Below, piece by piece: positions 60,526 to 62,000 of a DNA stretch of 62,000 bases (its first letter is position 1; the number at the start of each line of letters is the position of its first letter). Below the pieces are notes generated by a model that saw nothing but the letters and a program-made list of their open reading frames with translations, was not told where the DNA came from and ran no database searches. The stretch covers positions 52,949,723-53,011,722 of the forward strand of contig NC_057728.1 in assembly GCF_004010195.1 (NCBI RefSeq), given 5' to 3'. The position numbers were made by a program, and so were the translations under genes. This DNA comes from Chiloscyllium plagiosum. Taxonomy: Eukaryota.

Positions 60526-62000
60526 ATATATTGTTTTAATATGGGTGATGCTTTATTATTTAAAGCCACTTCTCTGCATCCAGAGTTATATTCTGGATCT
60601 CAAGAGACCTGACATAGTCACTACTGAGATGCAAGTGTTGCCAGAAGTGATTGTATATCCTGTAGTTGCCCTCAAGAAGATGATAAGTGGCTGTATTCTT
60701 GAATGGCTGCAGTCGTTATGTTGAAGGTACTCCCACAGTTCTATACTCCCACAGTACTGTCTGTTTCCCCCGTCTCTCAGTGAGTAGTGAGGTGAGTTTG
60801 CTGAATGTATTCAAGGCTGAATTAGATAGATCTTGATTGTTAAGGATTTCGGAAGAGTAGGCAGGAAAGTGAAGACAAACCCACAATTACATCAGCAATT
60901 ATCTAATTGAATAGTGGAACAGAGTTCAGGGGATAAATGGCTTTACTCCTGTTTCTAATTCTTATGTCTAAGTCAAAGTGGTGTTTGACTGTGGAGGGAA
61001 ACTTGCAAGCATTGGTGTCCTCAAACATCTGTTATCCTTATTCATTTTTGTTGAGGTTGTGGGTGTGGAAGGGTCTGCTGAAGCCTTTGTCAATTATGGA
61101 GGGAAGCCAGATCTATATGCAGCTTTTGTCATAGTGGCAAAGCACATGAGAATTTTTCCACAGATTTACGTATTAAGTGTCCATTCAGGCTCTCATACCA
61201 TCATGATTGTTCTGTACTCAGTTCCATTTAATTGTCTTTGCTCCTATCCCTTCGTTGCCTTATCTATAGGAACAGAGTATTATATTGCACTGACTCTGAA
61301 TTTCAGCAGGAGGTGAGGCTGATAGAGAGGCTCCCCTCTTGAGAGAATTCAAAGATCTACAATATACTTTTCTGTTCATTCCATATACATGACAGAAAAT
61401 CAAGGACTTGTATGAGGAATTTCATCCAGGTATGTTTCTTGCAAGAACCAATTAACATCGACTTGCATTGATGTGGTATCTTTAACATAGTAAATTCCTC
61501 GAGCAACACATTCAGAGAAGCAAGTTGAATCTGAGCCAAAGAATGGGTGACATGTGACCAAAGCTTTGACTGTAGATGCACGTTTTCAGGAGGATCTTTC
61601 GGAAAAGTAGGAAAGAATTCCAAAACTCCAGCTTAATTTACTGTTGTCAATAGTGGAGTGAAGGAACGACAAGGATGAGGGGGCACACATGAAGTCCAAG
61701 TTGGAGGACCACAGGGATCACGGAGGGTGGTGGTGCTGGATGAGACTACAGAGACCATGGATAGGCTTGAATGCAGGGCAGTAAATGGACTTGTTGGTGT
61801 CTGCGCAGGGGTGATAGGAAGTGCATAGAATTGGCCACCTGCCTGAAAGTAAATGTTTCCTGAATACATTTTCATTAAGATGTTGCCACCTTAAATTTAT
61901 CAATTGTCAGGGGATGGGCAGAGAACTTCATAGTTCTGAAGCAGAGTTTTTTTTTTGCTTCAGTCCTCTAGCGGTTTTTACTGAGTGACCGCAGTCCAGT

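Overview
Vertebrate genomic DNA, most likely from a shark or other elasmobranch, judged from the repeat families (HE1-like SINEs, CR1/HER1-like LINEs, Deu-domain SINEs); the species cannot be determined from the sequence alone. The only intact host gene I can support is a two-exon BTG1 (CDS 35817-35961 + 36410-36822, 185 aa). It sits in a CpG-rich, TE-poor island with a CRE/ETS/CCAAT/TATA promoter, a 10-His insertion in the C-terminal linker and a well-defined poly(A) site. Most of the rest is decayed mobile DNA: many CR1 fragments (one near full length), Rex1/Babar, Tx1/L1-like, Tigger/pogo and Gypsy remnants, and SINEs. The most interesting signal is a set of at least 12 short Penelope-like (PLE) insertions from three sequence families. 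They carry minimal hammerhead-ribozyme cores (CUGANGA-stem II-GAAA-palindromic stem III-UH), many form fold-back palindromes with a one-sided 30-45 nt tail and 9-16 bp target-site duplications, one is nested inside another, and one has a reiterated target site. TE boundaries were read by eye and are approximate unless a TSD is quoted.
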